From contig CAJTZH010000001.1 in the NCBI GenBank assembly GCA_910584325.1, forward strand, positions 12,328 through 76,327: 64,000 nt of DNA, in the 5' to 3' direction. This DNA comes from an uncultured Lachnospiraceae bacterium (GTDB taxonomy: Bacteria; Bacillota; Clostridia; Lachnospirales; Lachnospiraceae). This document shows positions 9,989-20,100 of this stretch, piece by piece. How positions within the stretch are numbered: the stretch's first letter is position 1; each line of letters starts with the position of its first letter. Both the position numbers and the translations under genes were made by a program. The notes beneath the pieces were generated by a model that saw nothing but the letters and a program-made list of their open reading frames with translations, ran no database searches and was not told the origin of the DNA.

Positions 9989-11803
9989 TTACAGGGTAAA
10001 CAACGCCTCAAATTCTTCTCTGTACATTTTTTCTTTTTCGACAAGAATCGCGGCGCACTTATGAAGAACCTGTAAATTATCTACAATCATTTTCCTCGCT
10101 CTCACATAGCATTCGTCCACAATTGCCTTCACTTCCTCATCAATAACTCCCGCCACTGCTTCACCGTACGGTCTTGTTTGCGCAAGGTCTCTCCCCAGGA
10201 ACACCTCGTCGCTGTTTGTCTCATAATTTATCAGACCCACTTTTTCCGAAAAGCCGTACTTGGTTACCATTGCTCTCGCCAAATCCGTCGACTGTTTGAT
10301 ATCCTGCGATGCCCCTGTCGTAATGTCGTCAAAAATTAATTCCTCGGCAATTCGTCCGCCTAAGCCCACAATAATATTCTGATACATTTTACCTTTGGTA
10401 TTAAACATTTCGTCTTTTTCCGGAAGCGGCATCGTATAACCCGCCGCGCCGTTTCCTGTCGGAATAATGGAAATCGTATACACCGGTCCCACATCCGGCA
10501 GAAGATGGAACAAAATTGCGTGTCCCGCTTCATGATATGCTGTAATTTTCTTTTCTTTATCCGAAATAACGCGGCTTTTCTTCTCAGAACCGATTCCTAC
10601 TTTAACAAACGCCGCATTAATATTTTCCTGTACGATATATTTCTGCCCCTTCTTGGCTGCGATAATCGCTGCTTCATTAAGAAGGTTCTCCAAATCCGCC
10701 CCGGTAAATCCTGCCGTTGTCTGTGCCACCCGCTGTAAATCCACATCCTGGGACATAGACTTATTCCGGCTGTGCACTTCAAGAATATCCCTGCGTCCTT
10801 TCACATCCGGTCTGTTGACGGCAACTTTTCTGTCAAAACGTCCCGGACGAAGTATCGCAGGGTCAAGAATGTCCACACGGTTTGTCGCAGCAATCACAAT
10901 AATTCCCGAATTCACCTCAAATCCGTCCATCTCGACGAGTAGCTGGTTTAACGTCTGCTCTCTCTCGTCATGGCCGCCGCCCATACCGGTTCCTCGCCGT
11001 CTTGCGACAGCGTCAATCTCATCAATAAATACAATACACGGCGCGTTTCTCTTTGCGTCCGCAAAAAGGTCTCTTACTCTTGAAGCGCCGACGCCGACAA
11101 ACATTTCCACAAAATCTGAACCGGAAATACTGAAGAACGGCACGCCCGCCTCACCTGCAACCGCCTTGGCAAGAAGCGTCTTACCTGTTCCCGGAGGTCC
11201 CGTCAGAATGACGCCTTTGGGAATACGCGCACCCAAATCCATATATTTCTTCGGTTCTTTCAGAAAGTCAACAATTTCCTCGAGCTCCGCTTTCTCTTCC
11301 ACAAGACCGGCAACATGGGCAAAACGTACTTTCACAGCCGTCTCGTCCATCATCTTGGCACGGCTTCTGCCGAAATTCATCATCTTGGCATTGCTGCCGC
11401 CGCCCGCCTGGCGCGACATAAAGCTCATCAGAATCAACACCATAATTACCGTAAAGCCGATAGGAATAATTGTTGTTACCAAAAAACTTTCCCGTTCTAC
11501 GTCTTCCATCTGCGCCGGAATATTTTTCTCACACAGCAGCGCGTTCACTTCATTAACGTCGGACACAAACAGACGGGCTTCCCGTCCCGCCTTCGTCGTG
11601 ATTATCATAGAACCTGTCGGGACCTCTGAATTTTGTGATATAACCACCTTTGCGACATTTCCGGTCTCCACATCATGCAAAAAGTTCAGGTATGTATAAT
11701 CTGTAGACTGTGAACCGCCTACTTTATTCACATACCACAAAAGCATGATGACCAAAACCAACATATAAAAAATGCCGAATCCTCTCATAATACTTTTCTT
11801 CAT
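9989..11803 (-). CDS. ftsH: ATP-dependent zinc metalloprotease FtsH
   Basis: 604 aa; Walker [15 protein letters not shown], the SRH region, and the zinc motif HEAGHA. Confidence 0.97.
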   Translation of the reverse strand: MKKSIMRGFGIFYMLVLVIMLLWYVNKVGGSQSTDYTYLNFLHDVETGNVAKVVISQNSEVPTGSMIITTKAGREARLFVSDVNEVNALLCEKNIPAQMEDVERESFLVTTIIPIGFTVIMVLILMSFMSRQAGGGSNAKMMNFGRSRAKMMDETAVKVRFAHVAGLVEEKAELEEIVDFLKEPKKYMDLGARIPKGVILTGPPGTGKTLLAKAVAGEAGVPFFSISGSDFVEMFVGVGASRVRDLFADAKRNAPCIVFIDEIDAVARRRGTGMGGGHDEREQTLNQLLVEMDGFEVNSGIIVIAATNRVDILDPAILRPGRFDRKVAVNRPDVKGRRDILEVHSRNKSMSQDVDLQRVAQTTAGFTGADLENLLNEAAIIAAKKGQKYIVQENINAAFVKVGIGSEKKSRVISDKEKKITAYHEAGHAILFHLLPDVGPVYTISIIPTGNGAAGYTMPLPEKDEMFNTKGKMYQNIIVGLGGRIAEELIFDDITTGASQDIKQSTDLARAMVTKYGFSEKVGLINYETNSDEVFLGRDLAQTRPYGEAVAGVIDEEVKAIVDECYVRARKMIVDNLQVLHKCAAILVEKEKMYREEFEALFTL

Positions 11804-11817
11804 TCCATCAAATCCTC

Positions 11818-12351
11818 CTATAACCTTACTATTCCGATAAACGGAAGGTTTCTATATCTCTGGTCATAATCCAATCCAAATCCGACAACAAATTCATCAG
11901 GAATCGTAAAACCGTTATAATCAATCTCTACATCCACGACGCGTCTTTCCGGTTTATTTAAAAGCGTACAAAGTCTGATACTCGCCGCGTTTCTTTCCTT
12001 CAATAATTCCAGCAGGTTACTCAGTGTTCTCCCCGAATCAATAATGTCTTCCACCACAAGAACATCCCGTCCTTCCACGGACTCGTCCAAATCCTTTTTC
12101 ATTATCAGATTCCCGCTGGACTTCGTCTGGCTTCCATAACTGGAAACACACATAAAATCCATACTGACAGGAACGGTAATCCTCTTTGCCAGTTCCGTCA
12201 TAAAGCAGGCGCCGCCCTTTAAAACACAGATTAAATGAATGGATTTTCCTGCATAATCCCTGCTAATCTGCTCTCCCAGCTCACATATTTTTTGATTTAT
12301 CTGTTCTTCCGTATACATAACATCAATTTGATGTTGTGTTTCATACTCCAT
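11818..12351 (-). CDS. hpt: Hypoxanthine phosphoribosyltransferase
   Basis: 177 aa; PRPP motif [14 protein letters not shown]. Conserved tilS-hpt-ftsH order. Confidence 0.93.
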   Translation of the reverse strand: MEYETQHQIDVMYTEEQINQKICELGEQISRDYAGKSIHLICVLKGGACFMTELAKRITVPVSMDFMCVSSYGSQTKSSGNLIMKKDLDESVEGRDVLVVEDIIDSGRTLSNLLELLKERNAASIRLCTLLNKPERRVVDVEIDYNGFTIPDEFVVGFGLDYDQRYRNLPFIGIVRL

Positions 12352-13708
12352 GTTCTTTCCTCCGTACGGTCACTACAAGAACTCTGGCGGTCGCTTCTGT
12401 TGTCTTAAGAACTTCACTGGTACGGTATCCCACAACCCACAACACATGACTGCCTGATGTAACAAGCCAGATTCGGTCCCTATATTCTTTCGGAATCTTT
12501 TCGTCAATAAAAAACGTCTTTAAAAGTTTTCTCTTTCCACTCCGGTCTATTGTGATATAGTCACCTGGTAACCTTTTTCTAATTTTAATCGTATCTTTGA
12601 TTGTATCATAATTTAACACTTTCGTATAGTCATTTGTGATTTTTTTCCAGTCACCGTCGAAATCAGCCGCATACCACTGAAAATCTTCCGGCGCGCAATC
12701 TGAGTAAGGATAATAAAAATCCCGTAATTCCTCAGCTGCTTCATTACCAATCACCAGTGACGCGTAATCCCTGAAAGCCGTCAGGCGGTACGGCAGCGTC
12801 ACCCGCTTTGATACCTGTCCAAAAATCAGCTCTTCCACCGCTTCTATATGTTTCCTGGTAATATTTTTTGCCGTACCCGACAACGTTTCCAGAGCCATCC
12901 GTATCGCTTCACGCCGGAGAATTGACGGCACCTGCATGAGCCGTTCTGCCGAAAACGATATACTGTGTTCTTTTTTAACGCCGTCATCAAATATTTTTTG
13001 CGCCTGTCCGCAAATAAAATCATATCCTTCCTGCAAATCCTTAGCAAGATAATTCAGATTGGAAACACATTCCGTGTTAATCTCTTTTGCCAGATACGGA
13101 ACCACTTTATTTCTCAGTTTGTTTCTTACAAAATCTTCCTCCATGTTGGTTTTATCAATACAGAACGCAATATTTCTGTCCTGTAAATAAAGCTCTATTT
13201 CACACCGCGTTACACAAAGAAGTGGACGGATAATATTTTCTCTGACCGGTCGGATTCCGCCTGCCCCTTTTAACGAACTTCCACGCAGCATCTGATATAA
13301 TACCGTTTCTGCCTGGTCGTTTTGATGATGCGCCACGGCAATTTTCGCCCGTTCATACCGTCCTGCTCTCTTCTGTAATTCCTCATAGCGCAGTTTTCTC
13401 CCCGCTTCTTCCAAAGACATATGATATTTCTTCGCGTATTGCGCCACGTCGCATGAAACTGAATACAGCGCGATTCCCCACTCTTCACACAATTTTTTCA
13501 CATAAGCCGCATCGCTGTCCGCGTCGTTCCCACGAAGCATGTGATTAACATGGAGCGCTTCCAGTTCAAATTTCTTTCTATGCGCAAGTTCTTTTAAAAC
13601 TGCAAGAAGGCACACGGAATCGGCACCGCCTGAAACTCCCGCAACGACTTGCTCACCTTCTAAAATCATATGATATGTATCCATAAACTTTTCTATTCTG
13701 TTAAGCAT
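12341..13708 (-). CDS. tilS: tRNA(Ile)-lysidine synthase
   Basis: 455 aa; PP-loop VAGVSGGADS. Position upstream of hpt-ftsH. Confidence 0.92.
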   Translation of the reverse strand: MLNRIEKFMDTYHMILEGEQVVAGVSGGADSVCLLAVLKELAHRKKFELEALHVNHMLRGNDADSDAAYVKKLCEEWGIALYSVSCDVAQYAKKYHMSLEEAGRKLRYEELQKRAGRYERAKIAVAHHQNDQAETVLYQMLRGSSLKGAGGIRPVRENIIRPLLCVTRCEIELYLQDRNIAFCIDKTNMEEDFVRNKLRNKVVPYLAKEINTECVSNLNYLAKDLQEGYDFICGQAQKIFDDGVKKEHSISFSAERLMQVPSILRREAIRMALETLSGTAKNITRKHIEAVEELIFGQVSKRVTLPYRLTAFRDYASLVIGNEAAEELRDFYYPYSDCAPEDFQWYAADFDGDWKKITNDYTKVLNYDTIKDTIKIRKRLPGDYITIDRSGKRKLLKTFFIDEKIPKEYRDRIWLVTSGSHVLWVVGYRTSEVLKTTEATARVLVVTVRRKEHGV

Positions 13709-13711
13709 TGT

Positions 13712-14830
13712 TCACCTCTGGTCTCTTGCAAACATCCCTGCGACAATCACCGTCATATCATCATTCGGTTCCGCCGTTTTCTGTACCTTTTCCATAATTT
13801 CTTCCGCCATCCCCTGAGGATTGTTGGATACGAGTCCCGCTATAATACTCATCAGCCGCTCTTCCTTATCCAGAGACTCAATTGCCTCTAAAACCCCGTC
13901 GCTGACCATAATCATATAATCGCCCGCATATATTTTTTTAATGGAACGGTCAAAATCAACCTTCCTGAAAATACCTATCGGAAGCGTTTCCGACTGAATG
14001 AGCTCCACCCATCCGTCTCTCTTGATGTAGGTCGCCACTGCGCCCAGTTTAATAAAATTGGCAATTCCTATAACCGTGTCTATGACGCACATGTCTACTG
14101 TAATCGGAACACTCTCCTTATCTTTTGCCATCAGCGCCGTATTCACCATGTCGATTGCCGCTTTCTCCGAGAAGCCGGCCCTTACGGCTTCTTCAACCAA
14201 TTCGACAACCAGCGCGCTGTCTTCGTTCGCGCGCGTTCCCGCTCCCATACCGTCGGCAAGACTGATAATTGTCTTTCCCTGGGATATTTCTTCCACGGAA
14301 TACGTATCCCCCGAAATAACGTTTCCCGCTTTATTCTTACGCGCCACGCCGTATATAATATGAAACCTTCCGCACTCCGCAAAGATATATTCATTATAAT
14401 TCCCGTTGAGCATCACACGGTTATTTTCTTCCGGTATAACGCCTGTCCCAAGAATATCGGACAGCATGCCTGCAACCTCCCTTGTGGTTGAACATTTGTT
14501 TTTGTATGTTTTCAGCTGCAGGTAATATTCCCTTGTCCCGTCGCCACGTTCAATAATACGCATCTGTCCAAGACGGATGCCGCGTTTGTCAAAATTTTTT
14601 TCTATTTCTTCATAAACCTGTGCGTCCGGCTGCATCTCCCTGCTGTACGCACCAGTAAATTCCATAATCAACCGGGCAATTTCCCTTAATTGGACGATGA
14701 CGGAACCGGAAACCTCTGAACTATGATATCTGTCCGAAAGTTTTTCGTAAATATCCGCCATTTTATCAAGGACTTTTGCCGAGTTCTCCAAGTACTCTCC
14801 TGTATACGCCAGATTATATTTTGCCAACAA
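13712..14830 (-). CDS. SpoIIE-family PP2C phosphatase, short form without a membrane domain
   Basis: 372 aa. C-terminal PP2C block ISGDTYS...SLADGMGAGTRANEDS...MVSDGV...NDDMTVIVAG. It occupies the spoIIE position upstream of tilS. TTG start as in the ORF track. Confidence 0.75.
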   Translation of the reverse strand: MLAKYNLAYTGEYLENSAKVLDKMADIYEKLSDRYHSSEVSGSVIVQLREIARLIMEFTGAYSREMQPDAQVYEEIEKNFDKRGIRLGQMRIIERGDGTREYYLQLKTYKNKCSTTREVAGMLSDILGTGVIPEENNRVMLNGNYNEYIFAECGRFHIIYGVARKNKAGNVISGDTYSVEEISQGKTIISLADGMGAGTRANEDSALVVELVEEAVRAGFSEKAAIDMVNTALMAKDKESVPITVDMCVIDTVIGIANFIKLGAVATYIKRDGWVELIQSETLPIGIFRKVDFDRSIKKIYAGDYMIMVSDGVLEAIESLDKEERLMSIIAGLVSNNPQGMAEEIMEKVQKTAEPNDDMTVIVAGMFARDQR

Positions 14831-14960
14831 TTTCGCCCCCGTTTCGCCATTTTCACTAACTTCACTATTATAACCCCAATGACTTTAAAAAAATGTCAAA
14901 ACAAAGCAGGAATACAAAAAATATTTCGACAAACCAAACGACGCATAATTTCTGTTACAT

Positions 14961-14987
14961 AAAAAAGACCTTGAAATTATCAAGGTC
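14961..14987 (-). terminator. Terminator of the tRNA-Met transcription unit
   Basis: Minus strand reads GACCTTGA-TAATT-TCAAGGTC followed by TTTTTT. Confidence 0.75.
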
Positions 14988-14993
14988 TGTAAG

Positions 14994-15067
14994 TAGCGAG
15001 AAAGGGACTTGAACCCCCGACACCTTGGGTATGAACCAAGTGCTCTAGCCAGCTGAGCTATCTCGCC
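14994..15067 (-). tRNA. tRNA with CAT anticodon, most likely elongator tRNA-Met
   Basis: Manual cloverleaf: GGCGAGA TA GCTC AGCTGGCTA GAGC A CTTGG TTCATAC CCAAG GTGTC GGGGG TTCAAGT CCCTT TCTCGCT A; 74 nt, CCA not encoded. There are no three G-C pairs in the anticodon stem, so it is not an initiator. The lysidine-type tRNA-Ile2 is not excluded. Confidence 0.85.
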
Positions 15068-15098
15068 TCAAAGGGCGCTGCGCGCACCCGCAAATGCC

Positions 15099-15127
15099 AT
15101 TATATCGTTACTTCCGTTTTTTGTCAA
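15099..15127 (-). promoter_or_regulatory. Consensus sigma-A promoter for tRNA-Met
   Basis: Minus strand reads TTGACA, a 17-nt spacer, then TATAAT, about 30 nt upstream of the tRNA 5' end. Confidence 0.75.
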
Positions 15128-15133
15128 CAAAAT

Positions 15134-15433
15134 TTATTTATTGGACTTAAACATAATCTCATCCGGATAAACCAGTCCAACCTTCTCTCTCGCAACATCC
15201 TCTATATACTGCTTGGTCTGCATATATTTCTTACGCTCTTCAAGCTGATTTGTTCTGTTTTCTTCCTGCGCAATCAATTCGCTGAGCTGTCCCTGTCTGA
15301 CGTCATAATCATCCAGCTGCTCCTGAAGAGACATGCCTCTTACCCATGTTACCACGGCAATCGTAATAACTACGGCAAAAATCGCAATGTAACCTGCAAG
15401 ATTGAACGCGCTCTGCTTTCTTCTTCTCGCCAT
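15134..15433 (-). CDS. divIC: Septum formation initiator family protein (DivIC/FtsB-like)
   Basis: 99 aa; an N-terminal TM followed by a coiled coil. Position after yabP-yabQ as in Bacillus. Confidence 0.75.
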   Translation of the reverse strand: MARRRKQSAFNLAGYIAIFAVVITIAVVTWVRGMSLQEQLDDYDVRQGQLSELIAQEENRTNQLEERKKYMQTKQYIEDVAREKVGLVYPDEIMFKSNK

Positions 15434-15452
15434 CTTCCGCCATCTCCCAACT

Positions 15453-15830
15453 TTATCTGTTACGACCTATTCTAAATGATTCGGACAGTTTTTTCAATGC
15501 CTTTTTTACAATTCGAAATGGCGTAATTAAAATGAAAGAAATATATTTCACCAGAATGCGCCCGATAGTATAATGATACATCAACGCGCCAAGCGCTTCT
15601 CCGGCCACGGCAAACCACCGGATGTTCCCGGCGTCTTCCACAAAACATACGGTAAATGTAATCAGAGCCGACGCCATCCAGAACAGAATATCTTCCACGG
15701 ACAACCAGATGATTCCGTGAGGAACAAGCCGTCTCCATATTCTAAGACAGTCGTACAAAACAGCAAGCCCTATTCCTACCGTGATTGTCACGGATACGTA
15801 TTGTAATTCCCACTGTACCAGCGTCCCCAT
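15453..15830 (-). CDS. yabQ: Spore cortex biosynthesis protein YabQ-like membrane protein
   Basis: 125 aa; multi-TM; immediately follows yabP with overlapping stop and start. Confidence 0.7.
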   Translation of the reverse strand: MGTLVQWELQYVSVTITVGIGLAVLYDCLRIWRRLVPHGIIWLSVEDILFWMASALITFTVCFVEDAGNIRWFAVAGEALGALMYHYTIGRILVKYISFILITPFRIVKKALKKLSESFRIGRNR

Positions 15831-16120
15831 TACTTAAACATCCTTGTAATAAAGCCTTCTGTCTTCTTGGCGTAACTCGAAATTTCCGTATAGGTCATGC
15901 TGTCAATCTGTCCTGTTAAATCTACTTCTCCCTTTTCGACCGAAAGTCTCGTAACCTTTAAATCTTGTCCTTTTATTGTAAGCATTCCCATCGTTGTCTC
16001 CAAAAGTATTTCCTTTAAATCAAAGGAAATGACGTCAGCCACTCCCGTAATGCTGCCTTTCTTGCGGTTATCCATGAGAATTTTATGACTGCCGCTTCGT
16101 ACTGCCTGTTTTTCCTCCAA
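15830..16120 (-). CDS. yabP: Sporulation protein YabP
   Basis: 96 aa; ITGVADVISFD...LTIKGQDLKVTRLSVEKGEVDLTG is a YabP-like pattern. TTG start 8 nt after AGGAGG. Confidence 0.8.
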   Translation of the reverse strand: MEEKQAVRSGSHKILMDNRKKGSITGVADVISFDLKEILLETTMGMLTIKGQDLKVTRLSVEKGEVDLTGQIDSMTYTEISSYAKKTEGFITRMFK

Positions 16121-16124
16121 AACA

Positions 16125-16186
16125 AAAACCTCCTATATTCATAACAGAATAAGCGTATTCGTTATTACAATATATTAGGAGGTTTT
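16125..16186 (-). terminator. Hairpin plus U-tract between the S4-domain gene and yabP
   Basis: Minus strand: AAAACCTCCTA pairs with TAGGAGGTTTT (11 bp) around a structured 40-nt loop, then TGTTTTGG. The 3' arm contains the yabP SD. Confidence 0.4.
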
Positions 16187-16195
16187 AAAATTATT

Positions 16196-16435
16196 CTACA
16201 AATATTCAAACATGTCCGCGGCGTCATCTTTACGGGTTGTCTCTTTTATCTGTGTAACTTTAACCTTTACCGCCTTCTGACCAAACTGTATTTCAATGGT
16301 ATCCCCTATCTTCACTTCCTGGGAGGCTTTTGCCTCTTTGCCATTAATCGTCACCCTTCCTGCATCGCAGGCCTCGTTTGCCACGGTTCTCCTCTTAATC
16401 AGCCGGGATACTTTTAAATATTTATCTAATCTCAT
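16196..16435 (-). CDS. RNA-binding S4-domain protein (YabO/Hsp15-like)
   Basis: 79 aa; MRLDKYLKVSRLIKRRTVA...GRVTINGK is an S4 domain signature. Confidence 0.85.
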   Translation of the reverse strand: MRLDKYLKVSRLIKRRTVANEACDAGRVTINGKEAKASQEVKIGDTIEIQFGQKAVKVKVTQIKETTRKDDAADMFEYL

Positions 16436-16506
16436 GTCTCATTCCACCTTTTTCTATATTTATAAAGGGTTCCTTATCGTTTGTCAAGAAACATTCCAAA
16501 ATTTCT

Positions 16507-17055
16507 CTAAGATTCCATCTGTCTTCCCAAAAATCCTGCGGCAGAATCCGCAATCTTTACTTCCGTGTCGCCAAGTTTCGTACGGTTTTCCTTTGTGGTA
16601 ATTACAACCGAGCCAATCGCGTCTCCCTCGCAGATAATCGGACTGATAACCTGAGAATGATACTCTTCTAAATCTCCGTTTACAATCGGAATAAATCTGT
16701 TGTCATCTTTAATCGCCACGATGCTGGAACGGTTGTCAATGGCATTCTCTAGCTGCTTGCTGATTGGTTTTGCAATTAATTCTTTCTTCGGCGCACCGGA
16801 AACCGCAACAATCTGGTCACGGTCTGTAATACATACCGTATGTCCTGTAGTCTGTGCCAGCGAATCCGCATACTGTCTCGCAAATACTCCCAGCTCACCA
16901 ATCGGAGAATACTTCTTTAAGATAATTTCTCCCTCGCGGTCCGTAAATATTTCCAGCGGGTCACCCTCGCGAATCCGAAGCGTTCTTCTGATTTCCTTTG
17001 GCACCACGACCCTTCCCAAATCATCAATTCGACGTACAATTCCTGTTGCCTTCAT
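16507..17055 (-). CDS. spoVT: Stage V sporulation protein T (AbrB-family regulator)
   Basis: MKATGIVRRIDDLGRVVVPKEIRRTLRIREGDPLEIF (SpoVT/AbrB swapped-hairpin domain) plus a GAF-like C-domain. Start at ATG 17055, 7 nt after GGAGGA. Confidence 0.9.
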   Translation of the reverse strand: MKATGIVRRIDDLGRVVVPKEIRRTLRIREGDPLEIFTDREGEIILKKYSPIGELGVFARQYADSLAQTTGHTVCITDRDQIVAVSGAPKKELIAKPISKQLENAIDNRSSIVAIKDDNRFIPIVNGDLEEYHSQVISPIICEGDAIGSVVITTKENRTKLGDTEVKIADSAAGFLGRQMES

Positions 17056-17151
17056 TTTCATTTCCTCCATACAATACCTGTTAATGCTTGCCAAGCTGTA
17101 TATGTATTATGTGGAAAAAAAAGAAAATATATACTAAAACTCTTTAAAAAT

Positions 17152-20100
17152 TTATCCTCCTATCTTGTCCGTCAAATCCATGATATCCTCTAAAAATTCC
17201 AGGTCTCCTTCCGCGCCCGCGTAGATCTTAGCCGGGATAAACGTAAAGTATGGCTGCGTCTCTACTTTAAATTTTAACATTCCGTTATACTGCGCCACAA
17301 TATCGGGTATCCGCTCCACATCTATCCGCGCGTTAATAAACATACGAAGCCTCACGCCCTTCTTGCCGCCTTTAATCTCCGTTACATAGGCATTGTGCGC
17401 CTTTGCTTTCAAAAGGGCAATACTAAGCAAGTTCGATGCCGAGCGCGGTAAATCTCCGAATCTGTCTACCAGTTCGTCTTCCATATCCAGCAATTCTTCC
17501 CGCGTTTCAATAGATGCAATCCTTTTATATATTTCCAGTTTTTGTACTTCATTTTTTATATAAGAAGATGGAATAAACGCATCCAGCGTGACGTCTACCG
17601 TCGTCTCGTACGGTCTGCTTTTTGTCTCGCCTTTTAACTCCAGCACAGCCTCATTTAACATTTTACAGTACAAATCGTATCCGACAGCTTCCATGTGCCC
17701 GTGCTGTCTTGCCCCCAGAACATTTCCGGCGCCGCGGATTTCCAAATCTTTCATGGCAATCTTAAATCCTGAGCCGAGTTCGGAAAATTCTTTAATCGCC
17801 TGCAGACGTTTTTCCGCCGTTTCTTTAATCATCCTGTCGCGTTTATACATTAAGAACGCATACGCTGTCCTGTTCGAACGTCCGATGCGGCCACGCAGCT
17901 GATAAAGCTGAGAAAGACCAAATTTATCGGCATCATGAATAATCATGGTATTGACATTTGCGATATCAAGCCCCGTTTCAATAATGGTTGTAGAAACAAG
18001 AACGTCAATTTCCCCGTTAATAAAATCATACATGACAGATTCCAGACTTCTCTCGTCCATCTGCCCGTGCGCATACGAAACTCTTGCGTCCGGTACAAGT
18101 TCCTGAACCTTTAACGCAATTCTGTCAATGTCCTGCACGCGGTTATATACATAGTATACCTGACCCTGACGGGATAATTCACGATGAATCGCCTCTCTCA
18201 CCATCTCGTCATTATATTCCGTTACAAATGTCTGTATCGGAAGTCTGTCCTGCGGCGGTTCGTCAAGAACGCTCATATCGCGGATTCCTACTAAAGACAT
18301 ATGGAGCGTCCTTGGTATCGGCGTTGCGGAAAGCGTCAGCACATCCACATTATCTCTTATCTTTTTGATTTTTTCTTTATGTGTAACACCAAATCGCTGC
18401 TCCTCATCAATAATCAAAAGTCCCAGATTTTTAAATTCCACATCTGCCGATAAAATCCTGTGCGTTCCGATAACAATATCGACAAGACCTTTTTTCAGCC
18501 CTTCCACGGCGGCCTTTATCTGCTTACCTGTCCGAAAACGTGATAACAGCTCAATTTTCACCGGGAAATCCTTCATCCGCTGTACAAACGTATCATAATG
18601 CTGTCCTGCAAGAATGGTTGTCGGGCAAAGATATACTACCTGTTTCCCATCCTGCACTGCTTTAAACGCCGCACGGATTGCTATCTCCGTTTTTCCGTAA
18701 CCAACGTCTCCGCAAATAAGTCTGTCCATAATTTTTCGGCTTTCCATATCATGTTTTGTATCTTCTATTGCGCTAATCTGGTCGTCTGTCTCCTCGTACG
18801 GAAACAGTTCTTCAAATTCTTTCTGCCATTGCGTATCCTCACTGAAACAGAATCCCTCTTTTGTCTGTCTGACCGCGTAAAGCTCTACCAAATCTTTCGC
18901 GATTTCCGCCACGGCTCCGTGTACTCTTGTTTTGGTTTTCGTCCATTCCTGAGTGCCCAGTTTGTTTAACTTAGGCGCTTTTGCGTCCTGTCCGGCATAT
19001 TTTTGAATCACGTCAAGCTGCGTGGCAAGCACATACAGATAACCATTGTTACCGTACTCTATCTTAATATAATCCTTCTCAATTCCTTCTACGGTCATTT
19101 TTTCGATGCCGCGGTAGATTCCAAGTCCATGGTCCTCATGAACGACATAATCCCCCGGCGTCAGGTCGTTGAAGCTCGCAATTTCTTTTCCTTCATATAC
19201 TTTCTTCTTACGCCGTTTCTTTTTCCTCTGTCCAAATATATCGCTCTCTGCAATCGCGGCAAATTTCACGTCAGGGTACTCAAAACCGTTTTTCATCTGA
19301 CCGTACGTAACCATAATCTGACCCGCCGTAAGCTCCTTGTCACAATCCGCAGAATAAAATGCTCCGATATCATAATCAAGAAGCGTATCTGCTATTCTGC
19401 CGGCACGCGTTCTTGAGCTGCACACCAGAACCACACCATATCCGCTCTTACGGTATCGTTTTAAGTCCCCCACCAGCAGTTCAAATTTATTGTTGTAAGA
19501 ACCGATACTTTTACTGCAAAACATAAGTTCTTTTTCAATTTGCAGAAACTTTGGCTGATAAGAAAGCGCAGACAATGCGATACTTCTTCTGGCGCAAAGT
19601 TTTGCCATAATTTCTTTTTCACTGCGCAAAATATCCGTCTGACCGGCAAGAACATATCCTTTTTCCAGACGGTGGCCCATGCTCTCCCGGAATTCAGCCT
19701 CCACTCCGGACATTTTCTCCGAAATTCTGTCCGGTTCATCCAGAAAAAACAGCGCGTCGCGTTTGAAATATTCCACAAAAGAAACGGGCGTATCACAAAA
19801 ATATGTGATATATTTTTCGAGAAATCCTGTGCCGCTCTGCTCCCGAATCTCCTCTAGCGCCTCGCCGATAACTTTTGTAAGCCGTCCTGCTTCCTCAAGA
19901 AGTTTTTGTTCCTTAAAACGTAGAACCGCCGCTTCAAGCTCTGCCGAAATCTTCGCAATACCTTCCTCCAGTTGTCTGTCAGTAACGGGATTTTCCGTAA
20001 CCGGATAGATAGTTACCGATTCCATGCGCTCAATAGAGCGCTGGCTGGATACGTCAAACGCACGGATGGAATCTACCTCGTCGTCCCATAGTTCAATTCG

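Noticed and set aside
10653-11699. 348-aa plus-strand ORF antisense to ftsH
   Set aside because: Ser/Pro/Ala/Thr-rich low-complexity product with no SD, lying entirely inside a very well supported ftsH frame. This is a typical shadow ORF.
14994-15067. Idea that the CAT-anticodon tRNA next to tilS is the lysidine-modified tRNA-Ile2
   Set aside because: Proximity to tilS is suggestive, but the gene has its own consensus promoter and terminator. I cannot verify TilS identity elements by eye. It is kept as tRNA-Met (elongator-type) pending a covariance-model classification.
15472-15738. 88-aa minus-strand ORF nested in yabQ in another frame
   Set aside because: Arg/Gly/Cys-rich, with no SD, and completely contained within the membrane-protein frame that fits the conserved yabP-yabQ-divIC order.
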